Positions 62,803 through 64,000 of a stretch of 64,000 nucleotides of DNA are shown here, one piece after another. Origin of the DNA: Mobula hypostoma (Eukaryota); assembly GCF_963921235.1 (NCBI RefSeq), contig NC_086118.1, positions 22,818,001-22,882,000 on the forward strand, written 5' to 3'. Position 1 is the first letter of the stretch. Each line of letters begins with the position of its first letter. Below the pieces are notes generated by a model. The model was not told where the DNA came from and made no database searches. It saw only the letters and a program-made list of their open reading frames with translations. Both the position numbers and the translations under genes were made by a program.

Positions 62803-63940
62803 TCATAAGAAATTGGAGCAGGAGTAGGCCATCAGACCTGTCAAACCTGTCTGACCATTCAATAAGATCATGACTTAGACTCAGCTCCACCTACCAGCCT
62901 TTTCCCTGTAACCCTTAATTACCCTGTTGTGCAACAAAATAATCGAACTGCGTCTTAAATATATCTGATGAGCAGACTCTACTGCTTCCCTGGACAGAGA
63001 ATTCCATAGATTCACCAGTCCCTGGGAAGAGCAGTTTCTCCTCATCACCTCCTAAATCAATTCTCCTGAATCTTGAGGCAATTCCCCCAAGTTCTAGCCT
63101 CACTTATCAGTGGAAATAACTTTTCTGCCTCTATCATATCTATCCCTTTCATAATTTTATATGTTTTTATAACATCCTATCTCATTTGTCTAAATTACAG
63201 TGAGTTTTAGACCCAGACAGCCCAATTTCTCCTCATAAGCTAACCCTCTCATCTGGTGAACCTCCTCTGAACCGCCTCCAAAGCCAATATATTTTCCCTC
63301 AAGTAAGGAGACCAGAACTGCACACAGTATTCCAGGTGTGGCCTCAGTAGCACCTTATACAGTTGCAGCATAACCTCCCTGCTCTTACATTCCATCCTTC
63401 TAGTAATGAAAGACAGCATTTCATTTGCTTCCTTGATAACCTGCTGCACCAGTCAAGCGCTCCTAAATCCCTCTGCAGAACAACATGCTGCAACCTTTCA
63501 CAATTTACATAATATTAGGATCATAAGATAAGTCCATAAAAAGACCATATGATAATCTGATCTTCTATGTTTCCGTCCAAGGTACAGACATTGCATTTAC
63601 CATCATTCTACTTCATCTGCCGGGCACTTGCCCACTCACATAACTTACCTATAGTATATCTCTCTGCAGACTCTGCACATCCTCTGCACAATTTGTTTTT
63701 CCATTTAGTTAAATGTCATCAGCAAACTTAGATACATTGCATTCAGTCCCCTCTTGCAAATCTTTACTGTATATCCTGAACATTCCAGCCTTGACCCCTT
63801 CAGCACCCTGCTCACCACAGACTGCCAGCCAGAAAAATGCCCACTTATACCAACTCTCCAGCTTATATTGGTTAATCAATCCTCTATGCATGCTCATACA
63901 TTACCCCCAACTCCATTCACCCTTATCTTTTAGATAAGTG
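62803..63940 (-). mobile_element. CR1 RT/3' fragment
   Basis: SKFADD, LYKVLLRPHLEYCVQFWSP; cataaga tail. Confidence 0.88.
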
Positions 63941-64000
63941 GCACCTTATCCTCCCCATCATCCTCAACGTGGGTACCTCCAAGGCTGTGTGCTGAACCCA

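Noticed and set aside
1..64000. Prokaryotic-type systems (CRISPR array, operon, retron or DGR RT)
   Set aside because: No regularly spaced repeats; all RT fragments carry eukaryotic LINE or Gypsy motifs

Overview
Eukaryotic, repeat-dense, apparently intronic or intergenic DNA. The transposon mix (CR1, Rex1/Babar, RTE, fish-type L1, Penelope, V-SINE, Tc1, Gypsy) suggests a cartilaginous fish, probably a ray; this is inference. No host gene can be firmly identified; there is one candidate short first coding exon (28453-28501, minus). The only long intact ORF is an L1 ORF2 (1739-5515, minus) in a TSD-flanked, ORF1-less insertion. A second, disabled copy of the same L1 lineage (37540-41739) is also truncated just upstream of ORF2. 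The most interesting non-ORF signal is a set of minimal type-I hammerhead ribozyme motifs in Penelope-derived repeats, from two sequence families. Several inverted partial copies end within 0-3 nt of the predicted cleavage site. Other highlights: a nested CR1/solo-LTR/CR1/RTE stack, a tRNA-SINE and an RTE-headed non-autonomous element sharing one body, and a young CpG-rich non-coding element starting with a YY1-like motif. Boundaries without a stated TSD are approximate, and all family calls are by eye, without database searches.
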